Assembly: GCF_964213995.1 (NCBI RefSeq)
Contig: NC_135808.1
Span: 33,790,001 to 33,854,000, forward strand
Direction of reading: 5' to 3'
DNA: 64,000 nucleotides
Origin: Mustelus asterias
Lineage: Eukaryota
Of this stretch, positions 32,860 through 46,888 are shown piece by piece. The stretch's first letter is position 1, and each line of letters begins with the position of its first letter. Position numbers and translations under genes: made by a program. The notes below the pieces were generated by a model that saw nothing but the letters and a program-made list of their open reading frames with translations, searched no databases and was not told the DNA's origin.

Positions 32860-32985
32860 GGCCCTGATTTTACCAACATGGCCACCCGAGGCTCGTAAGA
32901 TTGTGCCCGAAGCCAAAGTGGAATGCTGTTCTGCGAGCCTCGCCTGCCCTGATTTCGGGGTGGCCGTGCCGGTAAAATCAGGGCC
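32860..32985. mobile_element. 126-bp hairpin MITE
   Basis: 15-bp perfect TIR GGCCCTGATTTTACC / GGTAAAATCAGGGCC; AAA duplicated at the flanks. Confidence 0.85.
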
Positions 32986-33096
32986 AAAGGGTCTACAGAG
33001 GGATATAGACAGGTTAAATGAGTGAGCAAAAACCAGGCAGATGGAATTATAATGTGGGAAAATGTGAAGTTTTGCATTTTGCGAGGAAGAATAAAG

Positions 33097-34219
33097 GGGA
33101 TGCAGATGTATGGGATTGGGGGTGATCTAGGAAATTGGATCAGGAATTGGCTAGCGGATAGGAAACAGAGGGTGGTGGTTGATAGTAAATATTCATCATG
33201 GAGTGCGGTTACAAGTGGTGTACCTCAGGGATCTGTTTTGGGGCCACTGCTGTTTGTAATATTTATTAATGATCTGGATGAGGGTATAGTTGGGTGGATT
33301 AGCAAATTTGCTGATGACACCAAAGTCGGTGGTGTGGTAGACAGTGAGGAAGGGTGTCGTAGTTTGCAGGAAGACTTAGACAGGTTGCAAAGTTGGGCCG
33401 AGAGGTGGCGGATGGAGTTTAATGCGGAGAAGTGTGAGGTAATTCACTTTGGTAGGAATAACAGATGTGTTGAGTATAGGGCTAACGGGAGGACTTTGAA
33501 TAGTGTGGAGGAGCAGAGGGATCTAGGTGTATGTGTGCATAGATCCCTGAAAGTTGGGAATCAAGTAGATAAGGTTGTTAAGAAGGCATATGGTGTCTTG
33601 GCGTTTATTGGTAGGGGGATTGAATTTAGGAGTCGTAGCGTTATGTTGCAACTGTACACAACTCTGGTGCGGCCGCACTTGGAGTACTGTGTGCAGTTCT
33701 GGTCCCCACATTACAGGAAGGATGTGGAGGCTTTGGAGAGGGTGCAGAGGAGGTTTACCAGGATGTTGCCTGGTATGGAGGGGAGATCCTATGAGGAGAG
33801 GCTGAGGGATTTGGGATTGTTTTCGCTGGAAAGGCGGCGGCTAAGAGGGGATCTTATTGAAACATATAAGATGATTAGAGGTTTAGATAGGGTGGATAGT
33901 GATAGCCTTTTTCCTCTGATGGAGAAATCCAGCACGAGGGGGCATGGCTTTAAATTGAGGGGGGGTAGTTATAGAACCGATGTCAGGGGTAGGTTCTTTA
34001 CCCAGAGGGTGGTGAGGGATTGGAATGCCCTGCCAGCATCAGTAGTAAATGCGCCTAGTTTGGGGGCGTTTAAGAGATCCGTAGATAGGTTCATGGACGA
34101 AAAGAAATTGGTTTAGGTTGGAGGGTCACAGTTTTTTTTTTTAACTGGTCGGTGCAACATCGTGGGCCGAAGGGCCTGTTCTGCGCTGTAATGTTCTATG
34201 TTCTATGTTCTATGTTCTA
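33097..34219 (+). mobile_element. young 5'-truncated CR1 LINE with an uninterrupted RT C-terminal ORF
   Basis: ORF to 34116 without stops (VTSGVPQGSVLGPLLF, ISKFADDTK); (TTCTATG)n tail. Confidence 0.95.
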
Positions 34220-35299
34220 TATTACTGAAATGGAAAAAGACTGTAGAAAGCTGCAGCACAGAAGGATTTGAGGGTCTTGTGGATAAATCACAAAAAGCTA
34301 GCATGTAAGTTCAGCAGGTAATAGGGAAGGCAAATGGAATAGAGTGCAAAAATAGCAAAGTCTTACTGAAACTATACAAGGCACGAGCTAGACCACACCT
34401 GGAGTACTGGGAACAGTTTTGGTCCTCTTATCTAAGGAAAGATATACTGGCATTGGAGGCAGTCCAGAGAAGGTTCACTGGGATCCCGGTTATGGAAGGA
34501 TTTTTCTTTTGAGAGATTGAGTAGGTTGGGCCTGTACTCATTGGAGTTAAGAAGAATGAGAGACAAACTTATTGAGATATATCGGATTCTCAGGAGGTTT
34601 GACAGGGTGGATGCTGAGAGGTTGCTTCCCCTTGTGGGAGAGTCTAGGACCAGACGGCATAATCTCAGAGTAAGGGTTTATCCATTTGAGACAGAGATGA
34701 GGAGGAATTTCTTCTCTCAGTGGGTAGCGAATCTGTGGAATTCTTTACCGCAGAGGACAGTAGAGGCTGGGTCATTAAGTATGTTCATCGCTGAGATAGA
34801 CAGATTTTTAATTAATAAGGCAATCAAGGGTTATGGGGATAATGCGGGTAATTGTGGTTGAGGATTCTCAATTGGGCTGAATGGCCTACTTTTGTTCCTA
34901 TGTCTTATGATCTTATAGTATTATGGCCATGAAGTGACAAGATCCATCCATACTTTATGATAGTTTAGGCATTAAAACATTACTGGTGTGTAGTATAACT
35001 ATATTCCTTTATTCACTACATATTCATTGGTGCAGTCAATGTTTACTGCAGTTTAGTGACTGGTTCCTGACTGTGCTGGGTAACCTTTACGATAGCTTAC
35101 AAATTGGATCCTCACTAGTGTGTGTTATACTTACTGTAGTTTAGAGACTGGATCCTCACTGTGTTATTTTATATTCAATGTAGATGTGTGACTAGATCCT
35201 CATTATACTTACTGTAATTTAGTAACTGGATCACATTGGTCTGGGTTATATTTAATGCAGTTTAGATACTGGATCCTCACTGGTGTGGTGTTATATTCA

Positions 35300-37350
35300 C
35301 CACACACGTAGTGACGCCGATGGTTCAGGCACAGCAGTAGCGACGGAGTGAGGAGGTGAGTACCACTGAGCACCTGGGTGCGGTGGCGAGGGAGGTGGTG
35401 CAGGGTCTCAGTGGAGTGAGGTGGGGGAGCTTGCATGGATACAGGGGTTTGGGAGGGCTCGTGCCGGTCTGGGGACAGAAGATCAGGAGTCGCCGCTGGC
35501 TTTGGGCTTGTGTTGCGTGCATTCCCCCTGGCTGATGAGTGACCCCCCAAGGGGTTGCTTATAAGGTGTACTCCCAACCCCAGTGATGTCACCACAGTTA
35601 CCCTGCTATCTGTCTGCTGGACAGGCTCTGTGGTTTATCGCTGACATTCCATCCCAGGCCCCACTAACAGTAACAGTCAGCAGCTCTGTCAGCTGCTGCT
35701 CCAAGCACGGGAGCTGTGCAGGTGTTAACACGGCTCCTCACACTGCATGGACTCTGCTGTCCGCGATGGTCACGAGGGTACTTCTCCCCCGTCTGTCTGA
35801 ACTGTTGGCCATTCCTGGTAGACACTGCATCAGACATCCAGGTGGGTGCATTAATGTCCATGATGGGGAGTTTCCAATGGGGTCCCCTCACTGACACCCG
35901 GACTCTGGTTGGTGGGAGGTGGTAAGAGGCCCAGGATGGATAACCTTACTGACTGTCACTCTCTCTTCTTCCGAGATGTTGACTGGGGTCGTTGTGAGGG
36001 CAGCTGGGGAGTGGGGGGGGGGGGGGGGGGGGGAGGAGGGTGGGGAGTGGGGGTGGGGGTGCCAACTCCTGAGGGCCCTGTCTCCCCTGGGTTGGCTCCT
36101 GCAAAAAAAGATACACAGTAAGTGCAAGGGAGGGGCAAGTATCTGAGCAGATTGTAACTTACTTCAGATAGGCTACATTAATGAAGGTTTTATAAGTCCC
36201 CGATTCTGCAATGCGCTCCGGCCTGGCTGTCAGTTATAGTTCTCTCCCTCGTCTCCCTGAGCAGCTCCATGGCCCGCTCTGAAGGCAGTGAGGACCCCAC
36301 CGGGGACCCCACCTCCGGTCTTTGCCCTTTCCCTCTTGTTATGGGCCATCTTCTCCTGTAGGGACAAAAGGAGGGGTGGATGGGATTGAAAAACTGATGG
36401 CTGAATGGCCAGGGTGGGGTCAGTCAGGGCCGTTAGCAGGCAGGCATTGTGGAGGAAGGTGCCAGAGGGGTTAGAATCATAGAATTCTACAGTGCAGAAG
36501 AGGCCATTCGACCCATTGAGTCTGCACTGACCACAATCCCACCCAGGCCCCCATTCCCGCAACCCCACATATTTACCCTAGCTAATCCCCCTTACACTAG
36601 GATGGCCATTAGCCATTAGCATGGCCAATCCACCTAACCTCCACATTTTTGGACTGTGGGAGGAAACCGGAGCACCTGGAGGAAACCCACGCAGACACGG
36701 GGAGAATGTGCAAACTCCACACATACAGTGACCCAAGGCCGGAATTGAACCCAGGTACCTGGCGCTGTGAAGCAGCAGTGCTAACCACTGTGCCCACAGG
36801 TTGGAGGAAGGTGCTAGGTGGTCGGGTGCTGGGAGGATGTGGGGTGTCAGGGAGTGACTTGACATATAGACATTGCAGGCGTAACAGATGGGACTGATGT
36901 CAGGATGTGATGGACACTCACATTGCCTAAACAATGTCGTTCATTTCCTTTCTGCACTGGCTGCTGATCCACGAGCACTGGCTGTCGCTGCCACTGCCTT
37001 CCAGGCTGCATTGCTGGCCCGACCCATGGCCTGCCAGCCGTTTTGGTGGGGAGGGTGTGGGGGAAATATTGCCCTCCTCTCCTCTTTGGCGTCCAGCAAC
37101 CATCCCAGCTCCCCCTCAATGAGCCATTGGGTTGCTTTGTGGCTATCTTGCTGCCGTAACTTACTGTCCATCATTAGTGTTTCTATGGACTCCTCCATGT
37201 GGCTAGTTTGGGCAAAACAGGCACATGCAGCCTCCAATCCAGCGAGAATCGCATGGAGGCTTTTTCATTGCACTGAGTGTTGAACAACAGCAGTGGGGGC
37301 ACGCTTGAAAAGATTGGCGTGATTTACTCCCGTTTTCAGACTTTTTTGAT
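35300..37350 (-). pseudogene. relic of a PIF/Harbinger transposon Myb/SANT-like (trihelix) gene
   Basis: Minus strand reads EGELGWLLDAKEERRAIF...AAWKAVAA.ASARG.(fs)QCRKEMNDI, then an intron ending CCCTACAG, then EKMAHNKRERAKTGGGVP. An HE1 SINE (36472-36796) sits in the intron. Confidence 0.7.
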
Positions 37351-37355
37351 ACTTA

Positions 37356-38144
37356 GGGCCCCATTTTACCATTTTGATTCTAAGTGCTGGGCGGACTTGA
37401 AATTGGGAGTGTTTCAGATCTGACTTTTAGACCCGTTCTCAGATGTCCCCATACACACTCTGCCTGCAAAAATATCAGCGAGTCTAAATCGTGCTGCACA
37501 AGCCTGTGGGCGGGGCTTAACGCACCCGAAATCCTGCAGCTCCGATCGGCGCCTCCAATACATATGCGCAGAAAAAAAAATTATAGAATGCTGCTCCCCT
37601 TCCACATCCCTCCTGGGCCAGATAATGCCTCCCTCTGGCCCTCACAGACATCCCACCCCCCAGCATTTCTGACCCCCTTACCTCCCCACACCTCTGCCAC
37701 CCAGACCGATTGTGGGCCCCTCCCCCCACCGATCTCAGGCAGAGTGGCAGCGGATTCCCCCCAACCCCCAACCCCCTCTCCCCACCAATCCCAATCAGAG
37801 AGCAATCGGATGCGAGGCACCTACCTTCTCACTAACTGGAGCACCTGAATCGGACTTTTGTGGAGCATGTCTGTTTCGATTCTGGATGGGCGAATGCGGT
37901 GGTAAAGCGGGAAGCATCGGTAAGGTTGTGTGTGCAGCCCATTAAGTCTATTTGAATGCATGCAAATTCATTTAAATGGCCATTTTGTCTGTTTCGGGCG
38001 CAGTCTCAATCGTGGCCATTTTCGGGCCTTGGTAAAGGGGGAACCGGCATGGAGGCGGGTGCAGATCGCCCTACTCACCTCACGCCCGACTTTACCAAGT
38101 TTACACGCCCAAAAACGGCGCAACTTGATGGTAAAATTGGGTCC
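37356..38144 (+). mobile_element. Harbinger-type MITE (same family as 57903-59070, opposite orientation)
   Basis: GGGCCCCCATTTTACCAT / ATGGTAAAATTGGGTCC TIRs; TTA/TTA TSD. Confidence 0.85.
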
Positions 38145-38147
38145 TTA

Positions 38148-39098
38148 GGGTGCAATCTTATGAAGAAAATTCTTCAGTGGCGAATGACTGTGGCGTCCTG
38201 TCACCACCTCCCTCCCATCCCCATCATCAGTGGCAGTGCAACCTCATCCTCCCCCATGTTCACCCTACCCCATGGCAACAATGGTCGCCAACATCGGGGC
38301 ACTCCTGATGTGTCCCCCTGTCATGAACCCTTCCACGGCCCACCCTGCACTTCCCGCTCCCCCCCCCCCGCCCCCCCGCCCACTGTGCTAGTCTCCCCAC
38401 CGCGATCATGTCCTTGCATACCACCCTTCGCCAATCATCCCCTTTGCATAACCCTCCATCCTGCTGGTCACCCCCCCTTGCATAAGCTCCCCCCCCCCAC
38501 CCCACCCCCCACCCCAGTCAATCACCCCTCCCCTTACATATCCCACTGCCGATTATTGTCCATCTGCACAGCTCCCTTGCCCCTTCCTGCAAAGTTGCCT
38601 GCCCACCTGCAGAGCTCTGCCCCTTGCCTCCCTGTCATAGCCCCACCCACCACTCAGGCTCCATCCCCTTGGCATTGCCCCGACAGTTACGGTGCCCTGT
38701 GGCACTGTCAGTGCAAGGCTGGCACTGTCTCATGGGCACTGTCCGGTCATGCCCCCGATCAGCCGGCGGCGTCAATGGCTGATCCCCTCAGCGAGGCCAT
38801 CATGTCTAGTTTCCACTAGTGGAGACCAGCTGTATTTCTCGGTGGCGTGAGATCCAATTAATGAGAAGGTAAGTGTCTGTGAAGCCAGAAGACACAGTGC
38901 AGGACTCATTAATGACATGTGCAAATCGGCTTTGCGCCCCTTTTTGGGTGTGGAGCCGATCGGCAAAATAGTGCTGATAATTTTCCATACAGCGCAAAAA
39001 TGGGTGCAAACACTATGTTTTGCTCTGCATGCAATCTTACGAGCTTGCCACACCGGTCGAACAAATAAGACCATGCCCTTTTTTGGCAAGATCGTCCC
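38148..39098. mobile_element. GC-rich Harbinger-type MITE
   Basis: GGGTGCAATCTT...AAGATCGTCCCC termini; body similar (reverse) to 31470-32298. Confidence 0.65.
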
Positions 39099-39779
39099 CT
39101 GTATTTGTGTTACATTTACTGTAACCCACTGACCCTCACGGGTGTGTGTCCTATTTATTAATCTTAATAATTACTGAGATATAGAGACTGGATCCTTACT
39201 GGTGTGTGATATACTTACCGTGGTTTGGAGACAGGATTCTCACTGTGTTATATACACTGTAGGCTCATGAATTGACCCTAATTGGTATGTGTTACATTTA
39301 CTGTAGTTTCGCGACTGGATCATCACTCGTTTGTATTATATTTAATGTACTTTATATCAGAATCCTCACTGGCGTGTGTTACATCTAGTGTAATTTAGAG
39401 AGCAGTTCCACAGTGGTGTGCGTTTTATTTATTGTAGGTTAGAGACTGGATTCTCACTGGTGAGTGATTTATTTAACGTAATTCAGAGACTGGTTCCTCA
39501 CTGGTGTGTGTTATATTTACTGTCGTTTAGGGACTAGTTCCACAGTAGTTTGTGTTACATTTACTGTAGATTAGTGACTGGATCCTCACTGTTGAGTGTT
39601 TTATTTGCTGTAATTTAGAGACTAGATCCTCACATATGGGTATTACATATACTCTAGTTTAGAAACTGGATCCATACTGGTGTGCATTATACTTACTGTA
39701 CATTAGAGACCAGATCCTCACTGGTGCATGTTATATTTTCTGTAATTTAGAGACTGGATCCTCACTGATGTGTATTTTC

Positions 39780-40105
39780 ATAGAATCTTACAGTGCCCAT
39801 CAAGTCTGCACTGAACACAATCCCACCCAGGCCCCATCCCCACAACCCCATACATTTACCCCCAAGCTAGTCCCCGCAACTCTAAGGGGCAATTTAACAT
39901 GGCCAATCCACCTAACCAGCACACCTTTGGACTGTGGGAGGAATCCGGAGCACCTGGAGGAAACCCACGCAGGCACGGGGAGAATGTGCAAACTCCACAC
40001 AGACAGTGACCCAAGCCGGGAATCGAACCTGGATTTCTGGTGCTGTGAAGCAGCAGTGCTAACCACTGTGCCACCGTGCTGCCTCCATTGTGCCACCGTA
40101 CTGCT
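39780..40105 (-). mobile_element. HE1-type V-SINE inserted in satellite B
   Basis: Full head-to-tail match to 600-903 in reverse. Confidence 0.88.
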
Positions 40106-41331
40106 TAAATTATATTTACAGTAATTTAGAAACTGGATGTTCACTGGAATGTGTTATATTTACTGTCGTTTAGTGACCAGTTCCGTAGTGGTTTGTGTTA
40201 ATATTACTGTAGATTAGTGATTAGATCCTCACTGGTGTGTGTTATATTTATTTGAGTTGAGGGACTGGATCATCACTGGTGTGTGTTATATTTACTATAA
40301 TTTAGTGACTGAATCATCAGTGGTGTGTGTTATATTTACTGCGATTTAGAGACTGGGTCATCACTGCTGTGTGTTATATTTACAGTAATTTAGTGACTAG
40401 ATCCTTGCTGGTGTGTGTTATATTTACAGTAATTTAGTGACTAGATCCTTGCTGGTGTTATATTTACAGTAATTTAGTGACTAGATCCTTGCTGGTGTGT
40501 GTTATATTTACAGTAATTTAGGGACCAGATCCTCACTGGTGTGTGTCATATTTTCTGTTGTTTAGAGACCAGTGTTTTGTGTTATATTTACTGTAGATTA
40601 GTGACTCGATCATCACTGTTGAGACTTTTATTTGCTGTAATTTAGAGACTAAATCCTCACTGGTATGTGTTACATTTACTGTAATTTAGAGGCTGGAACA
40701 TCACTGGTGCGTGTTCTATTTATTGCAATTTAGAGACTGGATCATCACCAGTAATTGTTAAATTTACTGTAGTTTAGAGACCGGTACCGTGGTGGTTTGT
40801 GTTATATTTACAGTAGATTAATGACTATGTCCTCACCGTTCAGCATTTTATTTACTGTAATTTAGTGACTGGATCCTCACTGGTGTGTTATACTTGCTGA
40901 AACTTAGAGACTGCATCCTTACTGGTGTGTGTTACATTTACTGCAATTTAGAGACTGGATCATCACTGCTGTTATATTTCCTGTCATTTAGAGATCAGTA
41001 CCACACTGGTGTCTGTCTATTTACTGTAATTTAGGGACTGGGTCCTCACTGGTGTCTTATATTTACTGTAATTTAGAGACTAGATCCTCACAGGTGAGTG
41101 TTATACTTACAGTAATTTAGGGACCAAATCCTTACTGGTGCGCGTTTTATTTATTGTAACTTAGGGACTGGTCCTCACTGGTGTGTGTTATATTTACTGT
41201 CATTTAAAGACCAGTACCGCAGTGGTTTGTGTTATATTTACAGTAGATTAATGACTGTATCCTCACTGTTCAGCATTTTATTTATTGTAGATTAGTGACT
41301 GGGTCCTCACTGGTGTGTGTTATATTTACAG

Positions 41332-41957
41332 TGAAGTGGGGAAAAATTATAAAAATGGTTACCTGACACACAAAATGGTTGCCTGGGAAGAGACATTAAG
41401 CAGGCACTGGCTCTTAGCACAGACAGCTACTTAAAGTTAAAACATGCAGCATAGACAGTTATTTAAAGTTAAACATGCAGGAACCAAATGCTGCTGGAAG
41501 CCAGTCAGAGCTTGAGGCATTTTAAAGATAAGGACAGACCCAGGACAATAAGATCTGATAATAAGATCAGCCATAGATGGGAACAGAAATACATAAATGC
41601 AACAAAAACCAATCACTGTATGTATAGACCGAAACCAGTCATTGATAGAGGAAATGTATCCATTCTATGAACAATGTGATGCTAAATGCCCATATCTGTA
41701 CCTGTCTGATTGTAACGATGTGTTAACTATCGATCACCATAATCTGTCTACTCAACTATAACGATGTGTTAAATGGCTAATGTCCGGACTATCCATTGTC
41801 AGAAAGGTATAAAAATGATCAACTGCTATTGTATGATTGAGCAGGTAGCTGCCAAGTACTGTGGAGTACCAGTGCTTTCTCCCTGAAGCTTCATGTCCGA
41901 AATAAAACTGTATTGTTGAAACCTCCAGTCTGACTCCGGTGGTAATTTCCCACAACA
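41332..41957 (+). mobile_element. solo LTR (626 bp) in satellite B
   Basis: TGAAGTGGG...CCCACAACA termini; 4-bp TSD ACAG (41328-41331 / 41958-41961); TATAAAA at 41809; AATAAA at 41901. Confidence 0.9.
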
Positions 41958-42310
41958 ACAGTAATTTAGAGACTGCATCCTTACTGGCGGGTGATATATT
42001 TACAGTAATTTAGAGACTGGATCCTTAATGGTGTGTGTTATATTTACTGTAATTTAGAGACTGGATCCTTAATGGTGTGTGTTATATTTACTGTAATTTA
42101 GAGGATGGGTCCACAGTGGTTTGTGTTGTATTTACTGAAACTTAGAGACTGGATCTTCACTGGTGTGTGTTACATTTACTGTAATTTAGAGACTGGACCC
42201 TCACTGGGTCTGTAATATTTAAGGTAATTTAAACACTAGATCCTCACTGGTGTGTCTTATATTTACTGTAGATTAGTGACTGGATCTTCACTGGTGTGTT
42301 TTATATTATA

Positions 42311-44072
42311 CTTCACGTCCCCATTGATGTAGGCAGGGGCATGCCCTCCACTACACTTCCTGAAGTTGATGACGATCTCCTTCATTTGTTGACATTGAGG
42401 GAGAGATTATTGTCGCATCAGTTCACCAGATTTTCTCTTTTCTGTACTGTGTCTCGTCATTGTTTGAGATCTGGCCCACCATGGTGGTGTCATCAGCAAA
42501 CTTGAAAATCGAGTTGAAGTGGAATTTGGCTGCACAGGCAGAGGTGTATAAAAAGTATAGTAAGGGGCTGAGGACATTGCCTTGCGGAGCACTGGTGTTG
42601 AGAATGATCATGGAGGATGTGTTGTTGCCTATCCTTACTGACTGTGGCCTGTGGTTTAGGAAATCTAGGATCCAGTTGCAGAGGGAGAAGCTGAGCCCCA
42701 GGCCATGAAGGTTTGAGATGAGTCTCGTAGGAATAATGGTGTTAAAAGCTGAGCTCTAGTCCATGAATAGGAGTCTAACATTGGTGCCTTTGTTATCTAG
42801 GTGTTCTCGGGTTGAGTGTAGGGCCAGGGAGATGGCATCTGCTGTGGCAATAGGCAAACTGTAGTAGATCCATGCAATCTGAGGGGCAGGAATTGATTTG
42901 TGCCATTACTAACCTCATAATGATAGATGTCAGAGCCACCGGGCGATAGTCATTAAGGCACGCTGCCTGGCTTTTCTTTGGTACCGGGATGATGATCGCC
43001 TTCTTGAAGCAGGTAGGGACCTCAGATTGGCGTAAGGAGAGGCTGAGGATATCTGCAAATACCCCCGCCAGCTGGTCCGCACAGGACCTGAGTGCCCGTC
43101 CGGGTACCCCATCCGGGCCAGTTGCTTTTTGTGGGTTGACTTTTGAGAAGGCTGCTCTGACGTTGGCAACGGATACAGATTTGTTCGAGGCTTCTGGCAT
43201 GAAGGGCATGCTCTCGCTGACCTCTTACTCAAAATGGGCATAGAATGCGTTGAGCTCATTGGGGAGGGGCGCATTGGAGCCGGTGATTTTACGTGCCTTC
43301 ATCTTGTAGCCTATTATGCAGACCTTGCTATAGTTGGCTAGCCTGGGATTCTATCTTGGTCTGGTACTGTCTTTTGGCATCTTTGATAGATCTCTGTAGA
43401 TCGTATCTGGCTTTCTTGTATAGGCCAAGGTCACCTGACTCGAACACCTCAGACCTGGACTTCAGCAGGCAGTGGATATCCCTGTTCATCCATGGTTTCC
43501 ATTTGGGAAATACATGGATTTGCTTCTTTGACACAAAATCTTCTACTCACTTACTAATGAAATCTGTTACTGTAGTGGCGTACTCATTCAGGCTGGTCGC
43601 AGAGTTTTTAAATATTGACCAGTCTACTGACTCGAGCAGTCCTGCAGGAGATCATCAGATTCCTCAGACCAACATTGCACGACTTTCTTTGACGGATTCT
43701 CCCATTTCAGTTTTTGCTTGTAAGTTGGGAGCATGAGCACAACCTTGTGGTCTGATTTATCAAAATGTGGGCAGGCAATAGAGCGGTAGACATTTTTAAT
43801 ATTTGTGCAGCAGTAGTCTAGGATGTTTGGGCCTCTGGTGGAACAGGAGATGTGTTGGTGGTATCTTGGTAAGCCTGATTGAAGTCCCTGGCCACGATGA
43901 ACAAGGTCTTGGGATGTTTCGTCTCAAGGTTATTTGCGGTGATGTATATTTTGTCCAGTGCGGTCTTCATGTCCATGTGGGGTGGGATGTAAACTGCTGT
44001 CAGGATAACAGAGGTGAACTCCCATGGAAGGTAGTAGGGGTGGCATTTTAGTGTCAGGTATTCTAGGTCTGG
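42311..44072 (-). mobile_element. Rex1/Babar LINE internal fragment (APE end + RT), truncated at both ends
   Basis: [43 protein letters not shown] on the - strand. Confidence 0.9.
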
Positions 44073-46888
44073 GGATCCTCACTGTGGAGCCTTTTAATTT
44101 GCTGTAATTTAGAGACTAGATCGCCACTGGTATGGGTTATATTTACTGCAATTTAGAGACTGGATCATCATGTGTATTATACTTACAGTAATTTAGGGAC
44201 TAGATCCTCACTGGTGCGTGTTCTATTTACTGTAATTTAGAACTGGGTCCTCACTGGTGTGTGTTACATTTGCAGTATTTTGGAGACTGCATCCTTACTG
44301 GTGTGTGTTATATTTATTGTAGATTCGTGACTGGATCCTCACTGGTATGTATTATATTTATTCAATAAGAGACTGGAACCTCACTGGTGCATGTTATATT
44401 TATTGTAATTTAGAGACTGAATCCTCAGTGGTGAGTCTTATATTTACTGTAATTTAGAGATTGGATCCTTACTGGTGTGTGTTATATTTGCTGTAGTTTT
44501 GGACACCAGTATCATAGCAGCTTGTGTTATATTTACTGTAGGCTAGAGACTGGATCCTCACTCGTTTGCGTTATATTTACTGTAGTTTAGTGATCAGATC
44601 TATCGTGGTTTGTGTTATATTTACTGTATTATAGAGACTTCACTCCACTAGTATGTGTTATATTTGTTGTAGTTTATAGGCCGAATCGTCACTGGGGTGA
44701 TGGTATATATACTGTAACTTACACACTGGATGTTCACTGGCATGGATTATATTTACTGTAGCTTAAAGACCAGTTCCACAGTGGGTTGTGTTACATTTAC
44801 TGTAGTTTAGTGACTCGATCCTAACTGGTGTGTGTTATATTTACTGTAGATTAGTGACTGGATCTTCACTGGTGTGTGTTATATTTACTGTAGTTTAGAA
44901 ACTGTATCCTCACTGATGTGTGTTATATTTACTGTAGTTTAGTGACTCGATCCTAACTGGTGTGTGTTATATTTACTGTAGTTTAGTGACTCGATCCTAA
45001 CTGGTGTGTGTTATATTTACTGTAGATTAGTGACTGGATCTTCACTGTTGGGTGTTTTATTTGCTGTAATTTATAGACTGAATCATCACTGGTGTGTTAT
45101 GTTTACAGTAATTTACACACTGGATCCTCACTGGTGTGTTATATTTACTGTAGTTTAGACACCAGATCCATAGTGGTTTGTGTTTTACTTACTATAGTTG
45201 AGGGACTAGATCTTCACTGGTGCGTTATTTTACAGTAATTTAGTGACTGGATCCAAACTGGTGTGTGTTATATTTTCTGTAATGTAGTGACTGGATCCTG
45301 GTGTGTTATATATTTGCTGTCATTTAGAGACCAGTACCACAGTGATTTGTGTTAAATTTACTGCAGAGTAGTGACTGGATTCTCACTGGTATGTGTAATA
45401 TTTACAGCAATTTAGAGATGTAGCCTCACTGGTGTGTGTAATATTTACAGTAATTTGGAGACTGGATCCTTCCTGGTGTGTTATATTTAGTGTAGTTTTG
45501 AAGATCAGTACCACAGTGGTTTGCATTATATTTACTGTAGTTTAAAAATCAGATCCAGAGTGGTGTGTGTTATATTTACTGTAATTTAGAGACTGGATCT
45601 TCACTGGTGTGTGTTATATTTACAGTAATTTAGAGATTGAATCCTCACTGGTTTGCGTTACTTTTACAGTAATTTAGAGACTGGATCTTCACTGGTGTGT
45701 TACAATTACAGTAGATTAGTGACTGGATCCTCACTGTTTTATTTACTGTAATTTAGTGAATAGATCCTCTCTGCTGTGTGTTATTTTTACTATAACTTGA
45801 GACTGAATCCTACTTGTGTTTTATATTTACTGTATTTAGAGACTGGATCCTTACTGGTGTGTTATATTTACTGTAGTTTGGAAACCTGTACTACAGTGCT
45901 GTGCATTATACTTGCTGTAGTTTACAGACTGGATCCTCCCTGTGTTATATTTACAGCAATTTAGAAATCAGATCTATAGTGGCGTGTTAAATTTACTGTA
46001 GATTATGGACCGGGTCCTCACTGGTGCATGTTATATTTACTGTAATTTAGAGACTGGATCCTGACTGGTGTGTGCTATTTTACTCTAAAGAGTCTGGATC
46101 ATCACTGGTGTGTGTTATATTTACTGTAATTTAGAGACTTCATCCTCACTGGTGTGTGTTATATTTACTGTAATTTAGAGATTTGATCCTCACTGGTGTG
46201 TGTTATATTTACTGTAATTTAGAGATTTGATCCTCACTGGTGTGTGTTATATTTACTGTAGTTTTGGACACCAGTGGTTTGTGCTATATTTATTGTAGGT
46301 TTGAGACTAGATCCTCACTGATGTATTTTATTTTTACTGTAATTTAGAGACTGGATCTTCACTGGTGTGTGTTATATTTACTGTAATTGAGAGACTGGAT
46401 CCTGACTGGTGTGTGTTATATTTACTGTAATTTAGAGACTGGATCCTGACTGGTGTGTGTTATATTTACTGTAATTTAGAGACTGGATCCTGACTGGTGT
46501 GTGTTATATTTACTGTAATTTAGAGACTGGATCCTGACTGGTGTGTGTTATATTTACTGTAATTTAGAGACTGGATCCTGACTGGTGTGTGTTATATTTA
46601 CTGTAATTTAGAGACTGGATCCTGACTGGTGTGTGTTATATTTACTGTAATTTAGAGACTGGATCCTGACTGGTGTGTTATATTTACTGTAATTTAGAGA
46701 CTGGATCCTGACTGGTGTGTGTTATACTTACTGTAATTTAGAGACTGGATCCTGACTGGTGTGTGTTATATTTACAGTAATTTAGAGACTGGATTCTCAC
46801 CGATTTGCGTTCTTCTTACTGTAATTTAGAGACTGGATCCTGACTGGTGTGTGTTATTTTCCGTATTATAGAGACTGGATCCTCACTG

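Larger units (their letters stand above)
29790..34915 (+). mobile_element. old CR1 LINE carrying nested MITEs (30406-32298, 32321-32500, 32860-32985) and a young CR1 (33097-34219)
   Basis: CR1 ORF2 segments remain colinear across the insertions (KANNSPGPDGLHP; IAHDTKIGG; RLGLYSLE.RRMR); 3' TCTTATGATCTTAT tail at ~34910. Confidence 0.8.

Noticed and set aside
33022-34116. 364-aa ORF as a host gene
   Set aside because: It is the C-terminal RT portion of a 5'-truncated CR1; the N-terminus is borrowed from an older CR1.
37956-38819. 287-aa proline-rich ORF, and similar ORFs at 30634-31311 and 55291-56145
   Set aside because: GC-rich MITE interiors, open in several frames on both strands, with no domain features.
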